Shown here: positions 51,307 to 64,000 of the stretch, piece by piece
How positions within the stretch are numbered: position 1 is the stretch's first letter
Layout: every line of letters begins with the position of its first letter
Assembly (NCBI RefSeq): GCF_964355755.1
Contig: NC_092671.1
Coordinates: 21,469,317-21,533,316 of the forward strand
DNA length: 64,000 nt
Source of the DNA: Antedon mediterranea
Lineage: Eukaryota > Animalia > Echinodermata
Direction of reading: 5' to 3'
Program-made: the position numbers and the translations under genes
The notes under the pieces: model-generated
The model's database searches: none
Told to the model about the DNA's origin: nothing
The model's input: only the letters and a program-made list of their open reading frames with translations

Positions 51307-54300
51307 ATTTTCGAAAAAACTTGTTAACATAAAAACATCAAAGTGTACAGAATAGCTTCAAATCGCATTTGGAGACGTTTTAGACCATTTTGTGATTTTC
51401 GAAAAAACTTGTTAACATAAAAACACCAAAGTGCTTAGAATAGCTTCAAATCGCATTAGGAGACGTTTTAGACCATTTTGTGATTTTCGAAAAAACTTGT
51501 TAACATAAAAACACCAAAGTGCTTAGAATAGCTTCAAATCGCATTTGGAGACGTTTTAGACCATTTTGTGATTTTCGAAAAAACTTGTTAACATAAAAAC
51601 ACCAAAGTTCTTAAAATAGCTTCAAATCGCATTTGGAGACGTTTTAGACCATTTTGTGATTTTCGAAAAAACTTGTTAACATAAAAACACCAAAGTGTTT
51701 AGAAAAGCTTCAAATCGCATTTGGAGACGTTTTAGACCATTTTGGGATTTTTGAAAAAACTTGTTAACATAAAAACACCAAAGTGCTTAGAATAGCTTCA
51801 AATCGCATTTGGAGACGTTTTAGACCATTTTGTAATTTTCAAAAAAACTTGTTAACATAAAAACACCAAAGTTCTTAGAATAGCTTCAAATCGCATTTGG
51901 AGACGTTTTAGACCATTTTGTGCATTTCGATGAAACTTGGTTACACAAAAACATCAAAGTGCTTAAAATCACGTTATAAACCGTTTTAGACCATTTGAGC
52001 ATTTCGATAACACTTTTCACACAAAAACATCAAAGGGCACAATATAGCTTAATATCCTATTTAAAAACGTTTTAGACCATTTTGAGCATTTCGACAAAAC
52101 TTTTTCACACAAAACACCAAAGTGCTTAGAATACCTTCAAATCGCATTTGGAGACGTTTTAGACAATTTTGTGATTTTCGAAAAAACTTAACATAAAAAC
52201 ATCAAAGTTTACAGAATAGCTTCAAATCGCATTTGGAGACGTTTTAGACCATTTTGTGATTTTCGAAAAAACTTGTTAACATAAAAACACCAAAGTGCTT
52301 AGAATAGCTTCAAATCGCATTTGGAGACGTTTTAAACCATTTTGTGATTTTCGAAAAAACTTGTTAACATAAAAACACCAAAATGTTTAGAATAGCTTCA
52401 AATCGCATTTGGAGACGTTTTAGACCATTTTGTGATTTTCGAAAAAACTTGTTAACACAAAAACACCAAAGTGATTAGAATAGCTTCAAATCGCATTTGG
52501 AGACGTTTTAGACCATTTTGTGATTTTCGAAAAAACTTGTTAACATAAAAACACCAAAGTGATTAGAATAGCTTCAAATCGCATTTGGAGACGTTTTAGA
52601 CCATTTTGTGCATTTCGAGGAAACTTGGTTACGCAAAAACATCAAAGTGCTTAAAATCACATTATAAACCGTTTTAGACCATTTTGAGCATATCGATAAC
52701 ACTTTTTACACAAAACACCAAAGTGCTTAGAATAGCTTCAAATCGCATTTGGAGACGTTTTAGACCATTTTGTGATTTTCGACAAAACTTTTTCACACAA
52801 AACACCAAAATGCTTAGAATACCTTCAAATCGCATTTGGAGAGGTTTTAGACCATTTTGTGATTTTCGAAAAAACTTGTTAACATAAAAACATCAAAGTG
52901 TACAGAATAGCTTCAAATCGCATTTGGAGACGTTTTAGACCATTTTGTGATTTTCGAAAAAACTTGTTAACATAAAAACACCAAAGTGCTTAGAATAGCT
53001 TCAAATCGCATTAGGAGACGTTTTAGACCATTTTGTGATTTTCGAAAAACTTGTTAACATAAAAACACCAAAGTGCTTAGAATAGCTTCAAATCGCATTT
53101 GGAGACGTTTTAGACCATTTTGTGATTTTCGAAAAAACTTGTTAACATAAAAACACCAAAATGTTTAGAATAGCTTCAAATCGCATTTGGAGACGTTTTA
53201 GACCATTTTGTGATTTTCGAAAAAACTTGTTAACACAAAAACACCAAAGTGATTAGAATAGCTTCAAATCGCATTTGGAGACGTTTTAGACCATTTTGTG
53301 CATTTCGATGAAACTTGGTTACGCAAAAACATCAAAGTGCTTAAAATCACATTATAAACCGTTTTAGACCATTTTGAGCATATCGATAACACTTTTCACA
53401 CAAAAACATCAAAGAGCACAATATAGCTTAATATCGTATTTAAAAACGTTTTAGACCATTTTGAGCATTTCGACAAAACTTTTTCACACAAAACACCAAA
53501 GTGCTTAGAATAGCTTCAAATCGCATTTGGAGACGTTTTAGACCATTTTGTGATTTTCGAAAAAACTTGTTAACATAAAAACATCAAAGGGCTAAGAATA
53601 GCTTCAAATCGCATTTGGAGACATTTTAGACCAATTAGTGATTTTCGAAAAAACTTGGTTACACAAAAACATCAAAGTGGTTAAAATCACATTATAAACC
53701 GTTTTAGACCATTTTGAGCATTTCGATAACACTTTTTACACAAAAACATCAAAGTGCTTAGAATAGCTTCAAATCGCATTTGGAGACGTTTTAGACCATT
53801 TTGTGATTTTTGAAAAAAACTTTTTAACATAAAAACACCAAACTGCTAAGAATAGCTTCAAATCGCATATGGAGACAATTTAGACCATTTTGTGATTTTC
53901 GAAAAAACTTGTTAACATAAAAACACCAAAGTGCTTAGAATACCTTCAAATCGCATTTGGAGACGTTTTAGACCATTTTGTGATTTTCCAAAAAACTTGT
54001 TAACATAAAAACATCAAAGTGTACAGAATAGCTTCAAATCGCATTTGGAGACGTTTTAGACCATTTTGTGATTTTCGAAAAAACTTGTTAACATAAAAAC
54101 ACCAAAGTGCTTAGAATAGCTTCAAATCGCATTAGGAGACGTTTTAGACCATTTTGTGATTTTCGAAAAAACTTGTTAACATAAAAACACCAAAGTGCTT
54201 AGAATAGCTTCAAATCGCATTTGGAGACGTTTTAGACCATTTTGTGATTTTCGAAAAAACTTGTTAACATAAAAACACCAAAATGTTTAGAATAGCTTCA

Positions 54301-55572
54301 AATCACATTTGGAGACGTTTTAGACCATTTTGTGATTTTCGAAAAAACTTGTTAACACAAAAACACCAAAGTGATTAGAATAGCTTCAAATCGCATTTGG
54401 AGACGTTTTAGACCAATTTGTGCATTTCGATGAAACTTGGTTACGCAAAAACATCAAAGTGCTTAAAATCACATTATAAACCGTTTTAGACCATTTTGAG
54501 CATATCGATAACACTTTTCACACAAAAACATCAAAGAGCACAATATAGCTTAATATCTTATTTAAAAACGTTTTAGACCATTTTGAGCATTTCGACAAAA
54601 CTTTTTCACACAAAACACCAAAGTGCTTAGAATAGCTTCAAATCGCATTTGGAGACGTTTTAGACCATTTTGTGATTTTCGAAAAAACTTGTTAACATAA
54701 AAACATCAAAGTGCTAAGAATAGCTTCAAATCGCATTTGGAGACATTTTAGACCAATTAGTGATTTTCGAAAAAACTTGGTTACATAAAAACATCAAAGT
54801 GGTTAAAATCACATTATAAACCGTTTTAGACCATTTTGAGCATTTCGATAACACTTTTCACACAAAAACATCAAAGTGCTTAGAATAGCTTCAAATCGCA
54901 TTTGGAGACGTTTTAGACCATTTTGTGATTTTCGAAAAAAACTTTTTAACATAAAAACACCAAACTTCTAAGAATAGCTTCAAATCGCATATGGAGACAA
55001 TTTAGACCATTTTGTGATTTTCGAAAAAACTTGTTAACATAAAAACACCAAAGTGCTAAGAATAGCTTCAAATCGCATATGGAGACAATTTAGACCATTT
55101 TGTGATTTTCGAAAAAACTTGTTAACATAAAAACACCAAAGTGCTTAGAATACCTTCAAATCGCATTTGGAGACGTTTAAGACCATTTTGTGATTTTCGA
55201 AAAAACTTGTTAACATAAAAACACCAAAGTGCTTAGAATAGCTTCAAATCGCATTTGGAGACGTTTTAGACCAATTTGTGATTTTCGAAAAAACTTGGTT
55301 ACACAAAAACATCAAAGTGGATAAAAGCACATTATAAACCGTTTTAGACCATTTTGAGCATTTCGATAACACATTTCACACAAAAACATCAAAGAGCACA
55401 AAATAGCTTAATATCGTATTTAAAAACGTTTTAAACCATTTTGAGCATTTCGACAAAACTTTTTCACACAAAACACCAAAGTGTTTAGAAAAGCTTCAAA
55501 TCGCATTTGGAGACGTTTTAGACCATTTTGTGATTTTCGAAAAAACTTGTTAACACAAAAACACCAAAGTGA

Positions 55573-58500
55573 TTAGAATAGCTTCAAATCGCATTTGGAG
55601 ACGTTTTAGACCATTTTGTGATTTTCGAAAAAACTTGTTAACATAAAAACACCAAAGTGATTAGAATAGCTTCAAATCGCATTTGGAGACGTTTTAGACC
55701 ATTTTGTGCATTTCGATGAAACTTGGTTACGCAAAAACATCAAAGTAATAATCACATTATAAACAGTTTTAGACCATTTTGAGCATATCGATAAAACTTT
55801 TTACACAAAACACCAAAGTGCTTAGAATAGCTTCAAATCGCATTTGGAGACGTTTTAGACCATTTTGTGATTTTCGACAAAACTTTTTCACACAAAACAC
55901 CAAAGTGCTTAGAATACCTTCAAATCGCATTTGGAGACGTTTTAGACCATTTTGTGATTTTCGAAAAAACTTGTTAACATAAAAACATCAAAGTGTACAG
56001 ATTAGCTTCAAATCGCATTTGGAGACGTTTTAGACCATTTTGTGATTTTCGAAAAAACTTGTTAACATAAAAACACCAAAGTGCTTAGAATAGCTTCAAA
56101 TCGCATTAGGAGACGTTTTAGACCATTTTGTTATTTTCGAAAAAACTTGTTAACATAAAAACACCAAAATGTTTAGAATAGCTTCAAATCGCATTTGGAG
56201 ACGTTTTAGACCATTTTGTGATTTTCGAAAAAACTTGTTAACATAAAAACACCAAAGTGCTTAGAATACCTTCAAATCGCATTTGGAGACGTTTTAGACC
56301 ATTTTGTGATTTTCCAAAAAACTTGTTAACATAAAAACATCAAAGTGTACAGAATAGCTTCAAATCGCATTTGGAGACGTTTTAGACCATTTTGTGATTT
56401 TCGAAAAAACTTGTTAACATAAAAACACCAAAGTGCTTAGAATAGCTTCAAATCGCATTAGGAGACGTTTTAGACCATTTTGTGATTTTCGAAAAAACTT
56501 GTTAACATAAAAACACCAAAGTGCTTAGAATAGCTTCAAATCGCATTTGGAGACGTTTTAGACCATTTTGTGATTTTCGAAAAAACTTGTTAACATAAAA
56601 ACACCAAAATGTTTAGAATAGCTTCAAATCACATTTGGAGACGTTTTAGACCATTTTGTGATTTTCGAAAAAACTTGTTAACACAAAAACACCAAAGTGA
56701 TTAGAATAGCTTCAAATCGCATTTGGAGACGTTTTAGACCAATTTGTGCATTTCGATGAAACTTGGTTACGCAAAAACATCAAAGTGCTTAAAATCACAT
56801 TATAAACCGTTTTAGACCATTTTGAGCATATCGATAACACTTTTCACACAAAAACATCAAAGAGCACAATATAGCTTAATATCTTATTTAAAAACGTTTT
56901 AGACCATTTTGAGCATTTCGACAAAACTTTTTCACACAAAACACCAAAGTGCTTAGAATAGCTTCAAATCGCATTTGGAGACGTTTTAGACCATTTTGTG
57001 ATTTTCGAAAAAACTTTTTCACACAAAACACCAAAGTGCTTAGAATACCTTCAAATCGCATTTGGAGACGTTTTAGACCATTTTGTGATTTTCGAAAAAA
57101 CTTGTTAACATAAAAACATCAAAGTGTACAGAATAGCTTCAAATCGCATTTGGAGACGTTTTAGACCATTTTGTGATTTTCGAAAAAACTTGTTAACATA
57201 AAAACACCAAAGTGCTTAGAATAGCTTCAAATCGCATTAGGAGACGTTTTAGACCATTTTGTGATTTTCGAAAAAACTTGTTAACACAAAAACACCAAAG
57301 TGCTTAGAATAGCTTCAAATCGCATTTGGAGACGTTTTAGACCATTTTGTGATTTTCGAAAAAACTTGTTAACATTAAAACACCAAAATGTTTAGAATAG
57401 CTTCAAATCGCATTTGGAGACGTTTTAGACCATTTTGTGATTTTCGAAAAAACTTGTTAACACAAAAACACCAAAGTGATTAGAATAGCTTCAAATCGCA
57501 TTTGGAGACGTTTTAGACCATTTTGTGCATTTCGATGAAACTTGGTTACGGAAAAACATCAAAGTGCTTAAAATCACATTATAAACCGTTTTAGACCATT
57601 TTGAGCATATCGATAACACTTTTCACACAAAAACATCAAAGAGCACAATATAGCTTAATATCGTATTTAAAAACGTTTTAGACCATTTTGAGCATTTCGA
57701 CAAAACTTTTTCACACAAAACACCAAAGTGCTTAGAATAGCTTCAAATCGCATTTGGAGACGTTTTAGACCATTTTGTGATTTTCGAAAAAACTTGTTAA
57801 CATAAAAACACCAAAGTGATTAGAATAGCTTCAAATCGCATTTGGAGACGTTTTAGACCATTTTGTGCATTTCGATGAAACTTGGTTACGCAAAAACATC
57901 AAAGTAATAATCACATTATAAACAGTTTTAGACCATTTTGAGCATATCGATAAAACTTTTTACACAAAACACCAAAGTGCTTAGAATAGCTTCAAATCGC
58001 ATTTGGAGACGTTTTAGACCATTTTGTGATTTTCGACAAAACTTTTTCACACAAAACACCAAAGTGCTTAGAATACCTTCAAATCGCATTTGGAGACGTT
58101 TTAGACCATTTTGTGATTTTCGAAAAAACTTGTTAACATAAAAACATCAAAGTGTACAGATTAGCTTCAAATCGCATTTGGAGACGTTTTAGACCATTTT
58201 GTGATTTTCGAAAAAACTTGTTAACATAAAAACACCAAAGTGCTTAGAATAGCTTCAAATCGCATTAGGAGACGTTTTAGACCATTTTGTTATTTTCGAA
58301 AAAACTTGTTAACATAAAAACACCAAAATGTTTAGAATAGCTTCAAATCGCATTTGGAGACGTTTTAGACCATTTTGTGATTTTCGAAAAAACTTGTTAA
58401 CATAAAAACACCAAAGTGCTTAGAATACCTTCAAATCGCATTTGGAGACGTTTTAGACCATTTTGTGATTTTCCAAAAAACTTGTTAACATAAAAACATC

Positions 58501-59969
58501 AAAGTGTACAGAATAGCTTCAAATCGCATTTGGAGACGTTTTAGACCATTTTGTGATTTTCGAAAAAACTTGTTAACATAAAAACACCAAAGTGCTTAGA
58601 ATAGCTTCAAATCGCATTAGGAGACGTTTTAGACCATTTTGTGATTTTCGAAAAAACTTGTTAACATAAAAACACCAAAGTGCTTAGAATAGCTTCAAAT
58701 CGCATTTGGAGACGTTTTAGACCATTTTGTGATTTTCGAAAAAACTTGTTAACATAAAAACACCAAAATGTTTAGAATAGCTTCAAATCACATTTGGAGA
58801 CGTTTTAGACCATTTTGTGATTTTCGAAAAAACTTGTTAACACAAAAACACCAAAGTGATTAGAATAGCTTCAAATCGCATTTGGAGACGTTTTAGACCA
58901 ATTTGTGCATTTCGATGAAACTTGGTTACGCAAAAACATCAAAGTGCTTAAAATCACATTATAAACCGTTTTAGACCATTTTGAGCATATCGATAACACT
59001 TTTCACACAAAAACATCAAAGAGCACAATATAGCTTAATATCTTATTTAAAAACGTTTTAGACCATTTTGAGCATTTCGACAAAACTTTTTCACACAAAA
59101 CACCAAAGTGCTTAGAATAGCTTCAAATCGCATTTGGAGACGTTTTAGACCATTTTGTGATTTTCGAAAAAACTTTTTCACACAAAACACCAAAGTGCTT
59201 AGAATACCTTCAAATCGCATTTGGAGACGTTTTAGACCATTTTGTGATTTTCGAAAAAACTTGTTAACATAAAAACATCAAAGTGTACAGAATAGCTTCA
59301 AATCGCATTTGGAGACGTTTTAGACCATTTTGTGATTTTCGAAAAAACTTGTTAACATAAAAACACCAAAGTGCTTAGAATAGCTTCAAATCGCATTAGG
59401 AGACGTTTTAGACCATTTTGTGATTTTCGAAAAAACTTGTTAACACAAAAACACCAAAGTGCTTAGAATAGCTTCAAATCGCATTTGGAGACGTTTTAGA
59501 CCATTTTGTGATTTTCGAAAAAACTTGTTAACATTAAAACACCAAAATGTTTAGAATAGCTTCAAATCGCATTTGGAGACGTTTTAGACCATTTTGTGAT
59601 TTTCGAAAAAACTTGTTAACACAAAAACACCAAAGTGATTAGAATAGCTTCAAATCGCATTTGGAGACGTTTTAGACCATTTTGTGCATTTCGATGAAAC
59701 TTGGTTACGGAAAAACATCAAAGTGCTTAAAATCACATTATAAACCGTTTTAGACCATTTTGAGCATATCGATAACACTTTTCACACAAAAACATCAAAG
59801 AGCACAATATAGCTTAATATCGTATTTAAAAACGTTTTAGACCATTTTGAGCATTTCGACAAAACTTTTTCACACAAAACACCAAAGTGCTTAGAATAGC
59901 TTCAAATCGCATTTGGAGACGTTTTAGACCATTTTGTGATTTTCGAAAAAACTTGTTAACATAAAAACA
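55573..59969 (+). repeat. 2159-bp (25-monomer) tandem duplication
   Basis: ORFs 55779/57938 and the private AACATTAAAA allele at 57376/59535 are both offset by 2159. The junction lies within about 57732-57810. Confidence 0.85.
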
Positions 59970-62900
59970 TCAAAGGGCTAAGAATAGCTTCAAATCGCAT
60001 TTGGAGACATTTTAGACCAATTAGTGATTTTCGAAAAAACTTGGTTACACAAAAACATCAAAGTGGTTAAAATCACATTATAAACCGTTTTAGACCATTT
60101 TGAGCATTTCGATAACACTTTTTACACAAAAACATCAAAGTGCTTAGAATAGCTTCAAATCGCATTTGGAGACGTTTTAGACCATTTTGTGATTTTCGAA
60201 AAAAACTTTTTAACATAAAAACACCAAACTGCTAAGAATAGCTTCAAATCGCATATGGAGACAATTTAGACCATTTTGTGATTTTCGAAAAAACTTGTTA
60301 ACATAAAAACACCAAAGTGCTTAGAATACCTTCAAATCGCATTTGGAGACGTTTTAGACCATTTTGTGATTTTCCAAAAAACTTGTTAACATAAAAACAT
60401 CAAAGTGTACAGAATAGCTTCAAATCGCATTTGGAGACGTTTTAGACCATTTTGTGATTTTCGAAAAAACTTGTTAACATAAAAACACCAAAGTGCTTAG
60501 AATAGCTTCAAATCGCATTAGGAGACGTTTTAGACCATTTTGTGATTTTCGAAAAAACTTGTTAACATAAAAACACCAAAGTGCTTAGAATAGCTTCAAA
60601 TCGCATTTGGAGACGTTTTAGACCATTTTGTGATTTTCGAAAAAACTTGTTAACATAAAAACACCAAAATGTTTAGAATAGCTTCAAATCACATTTGGAG
60701 ACGTTTTAGACCATTTTGTGATTTTCGAAAAAACTTGTTAACACAAAAACACCAAAGTGATTAGAATAGCTTCAAATCGCATTTGGAGACGTTTTAGACC
60801 AATTTGTGCATTTCGATGAAACTTGGTTACGCAAAAACATCAAAGTGCTTAAAATCACATTATAAACCGTTTTAGACCATTTTGAGCATATCGATAACAC
60901 TTTTCACACAAAAACATCAAAGAGCACAATATAGCTTAATATCTTATTTAAAAACGTTTTAGACCATTTTGAGCATTTCGACAAAACTTTTTCACACAAA
61001 ACACCAAAGTGCTTAGAATAGCTTCAAATCGCATTTGGAGACGTTTTAGACCATTTTGTGATTTTCGAAAAAACTTGTTAACATAAAAACATCAAAGTGC
61101 TAAGAATAGCTTCAAATCGCATTTGGAGACATTTTAGACCAATTAGTGATTTTCGAAAAAACTTGGTTACACAAAAACATCAAAGTGGTTAAAATCACAT
61201 TATAAACCGTTTTAGACCATTTTGAGCATTTCGATAACACTTTTCACACAAAAACATCAAAGTGCTTAGAATAGCTTCAAATCGCATTTGGAGACGTTTT
61301 AGACCATTTTGTGATTTTCGAAAAAAACTTTTTAACATAAAAACACCAAACTGCTAAGAATAGCTTCAAATCGCATATGGAGACAATTTAGACCATTTTG
61401 TGATTTTCGAAAAAACTTGTTAACATAAAAACACCAAAGTGCTTAGAATACCTTCAAATCGCATTTGGAGACATTTTAGACCATTTTGTGATTTTCGAAA
61501 AAACTTGTTAACATAAAAACATCAAAGTGCTAAGAATAGCTTCCAATCGCATTTGGAGACGTTTTAGACCATTTTGTGATTTTCGAAAACAACTTGTTAA
61601 CATAAAAACACCAAAGTGCTTAGAATAGCTTCAAATCGCATTTGGAGACGTTTTAGACCAATTTGTGATTTTCGAAAAAACTTGGTTACACAAAAACATC
61701 AAAGTGGATAAAATCACATTATAAACCGTTTTAGACCATTTTGAGCATATCGATAACACTTTTCACACAAAAACATCAAAGACCACAATATAGCTTAATA
61801 TCGTATTTAAAAACGTTTTAGACCATTTTGAGCATTTCGACAAAACTTTTTCACACAAAACACCAAAGTGCTTAGAATAGCTTCAAATCGCATTTGGAGA
61901 CGTTTTAGACCATTTTGTGATTTTCGAAAAAACTTGTTAACATAAAAACATCAAAGTGCTAAGAATAGCTTCAAATCGAATTTGGAGACATTTTAGACCA
62001 ATTAGTGATTTTCGAAAAAACTTGGTTACACAAAAACATCAAAGTGGTTAAAATCACATTATAAACCGTTTTAGACCATTTTGAGCATTTCGATAACACT
62101 TTTCACACAAAAACATCAAAGTGCTTAGAATAGCTTCAAATCGCATTTGGAGACGTTTTAGACCATTTTGTGATTTTCGAAAAAAACTTTTTAACATAAA
62201 AACACCAAACTGCTAAGAATAGCTTCAAATCGCATATGGAGACAATTTAGACCATTTTGTGATTTTCGAAAAAACTTGTTAACATAAAAACACCAAAGTG
62301 CTTAGAATACCTTCAAATCGCATTTGGAGACATTTTAGACCATTTTGTGATTTTCGAAAAAACTTGTTAACATAAAAACATCAAAGTGCTAAGAATAGCT
62401 TCCAATCGCATTTGGAGACGTTTTAGACTATTTTGTGATTTTCGAAAACAACTTGTTAACATAAAAACACCAAAGTGCTTAGAATAGCTTCAAATCGCAT
62501 TTGGAGACGTTTTAGACCAATTTGTGATTTTCGAAAAAACTTGGTTACACAAAAACATCAAAGTGGATAAAATCACATTATAAACCGTTTTAGACCATTT
62601 TGAGCATTTCGATAACACATTTCACACAAAAACATCAAAGAGCACAAAATAGCTTAATATCGTATTTAAAAACGTTTTAAACCATTTTGAGCATTTCGAC
62701 AAAACTTTTTCACACAAAACACCAAAGTGTACAGAATAGCTTCAAATCCCATTTGGAGACGTTTTAGACCATTTTGTGATTTTCGAAAAAACTTGTTAAT
62801 ATAAAAACACCAAAGTACTTAGAATAGCTTCAAATCGCATTTGGAGACGTTGTAGACCATTTTGTGATTTTCGAAAAAACTTGTTAACATAAAAACACCA

Positions 62901-64000
62901 AAGTTTACAGAATAGCTTCAAATCGCATTTGGAGACGTTTTAGACAATTTTGTGCATTTCGATGAAACTTGGTTACACAAAAACATCAAAGTGCTTAAAA
63001 TCACATTATAAACCGTTTTAGACCATTTGAGCATTTCCATAACACTTTTCACACAAAAACATCAAAGGGCACAATATAGCTTAATATCCTATTTAAAAAC
63101 GTTTTAGACCATTTTGAGCATTTCGACAAAACTTTTTCACACAAAACACCAAAGTGCTTAGAATACCTTCAAATCGCATTTGGAGACGTTTTAGACCATT
63201 TTGTGATTTTCGAAAAAACTTAACATAAAAACATCAAAGTTTACAGAATAGCTTCAAATCGCATTTGGAGACGTTTTAAACCATTTTGTGATTTTCGAAA
63301 AAACTTGTTAACATAAAAACACCAAAATGTTTAGAATAGCTTCAAATCGCATTTGGAGACGTTTTAGACCATTTTGTGATTTTCGAAAAAACTTGTTAAC
63401 ACAAAAACACCAAAGTGATTAGAATAGCTTCAAATCGCATTTGGAGACGTTTTAGACCATTTTGTGATTTTCGAAAAAACTTGTTAACATAAAAACACCA
63501 AAGTGATTAGAATAGCTTCAAATCGCATTTGGAGACGTTTTAGACCATTTTGTGCATTTCGATGAAACTTGGTTACGCAAAAACAAAAAAGTGCTTAAAA
63601 TCACATTATAAACCGTTTTAGACCATTTTGAGCATATCGATAACACTTTTTACACAAAACGCCAAAGTGCTTAGAATAGCTTCAAATCGCATTTGGAGAC
63701 GTTTTAGACCATTTTGTGATTTTCGACAAAACTTTTTCACACAAAACACCAAAGTGCTTAGAATACCTTCAAATCGCATTTGGAGACGTTTTAGACCATT
63801 TTGTGATTTTCGAAAAAACTTGTTAACATAAAAACATCAAAGTGTACAGAATAGCTTCAAATCGCATTTGGAGACGTTTTAGACCATTTTGTGATTTTCG
63901 AAAAAACTTGTTAACATAAAAACACCAAAGTGCTTAGAATAGCTTCAAATCGAATTAGGAGACGTTTTAGACCATTTTGTGATTTTCGAAAAAACTTGTT

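Larger units (their letters stand above)
40752..57010 (+). repeat. Higher-order repeat copy 3 (partial; register lost at about 55.5-57 kb)
   Basis: Landmarks 43041, 44927, 47441, 50878, 52684 and 55779 follow HOR order with one 341-bp deletion. The expected fourth SINE near 58.8 kb is absent. Confidence 0.85.
1..64000 (+). repeat. Tandem satellite array, 88-bp consensus monomer, head-to-tail in one orientation; putative (peri)centromeric satellite
   Basis: Consensus AAAAAACTTGTTAACATAAAAACACCAAAGTGCTTAGAATAGCTTCAAATCGCATTTGGAGACGTTTTAGACCATTTTGTGATTTTCG (88 nt) recurs through the whole window. GTTTTAGACC anchors at 2992, 3070, 3156, 3243 and 3331 give periods of 78, 86, 87 and 88. The only non-satellite interruptions are the three SINE copies. 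A centromeric role is inference only. Confidence 0.98.

Noticed and set aside
1521-63831. 27 near-identical 62-67 aa + strand ORFs (MSISI.LFTQNTKVLR...)
   Set aside because: They start at TTG within satellite and stay open only because an 87-bp (3n) monomer preserves frame and avoids the TAA of GTTAAC/CATAA. There is no gene context. They were used only as positional landmarks.
1-64000. CRISPR-like appearance: GTTTTAGAC...AAAAC recalls type II-A repeats (GTTTTAGAGC...AAAAC)
   Set aside because: The intervening sequences are near-identical rather than unique spacers, there are no cas genes or leader, and a eukaryotic SINE is present.
1-64000. Inversions, telomeric repeats, LTR/LINE or DNA-transposon fragments
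   Set aside because: None were seen. All monomers are in the same orientation and the SINE is the only foreign sequence noticed.

Overview
The window is non-coding eukaryotic satellite DNA, probably from an invertebrate animal and probably (peri)centromeric. It is a single-orientation tandem array of an AT-rich 88-bp monomer with 75-87 bp subtypes, roughly 720 monomers by length estimate. The monomers form a very large, young higher-order repeat (HOR) of about 18.2-18.7 kb. Each HOR copy carries one identical 353-bp tRNA-derived SINE at 3837, 22554 and 40752. The SINE has intact Pol III A/B boxes, a Deu/Nin-like central domain, a structured 3' region and a (TAAA/TAAAA)n tail. One insertion was therefore amplified together with the array. 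HOR copies differ by whole-monomer indels (176 and 341 bp) and a few SNPs. The HOR register breaks at about 55.5-57 kb, where a 2159-bp tandem duplication and a SINE-free sister lineage begin. None of the listed ORFs is a credible gene, and there is no CRISPR array. All comparisons were made by eye.
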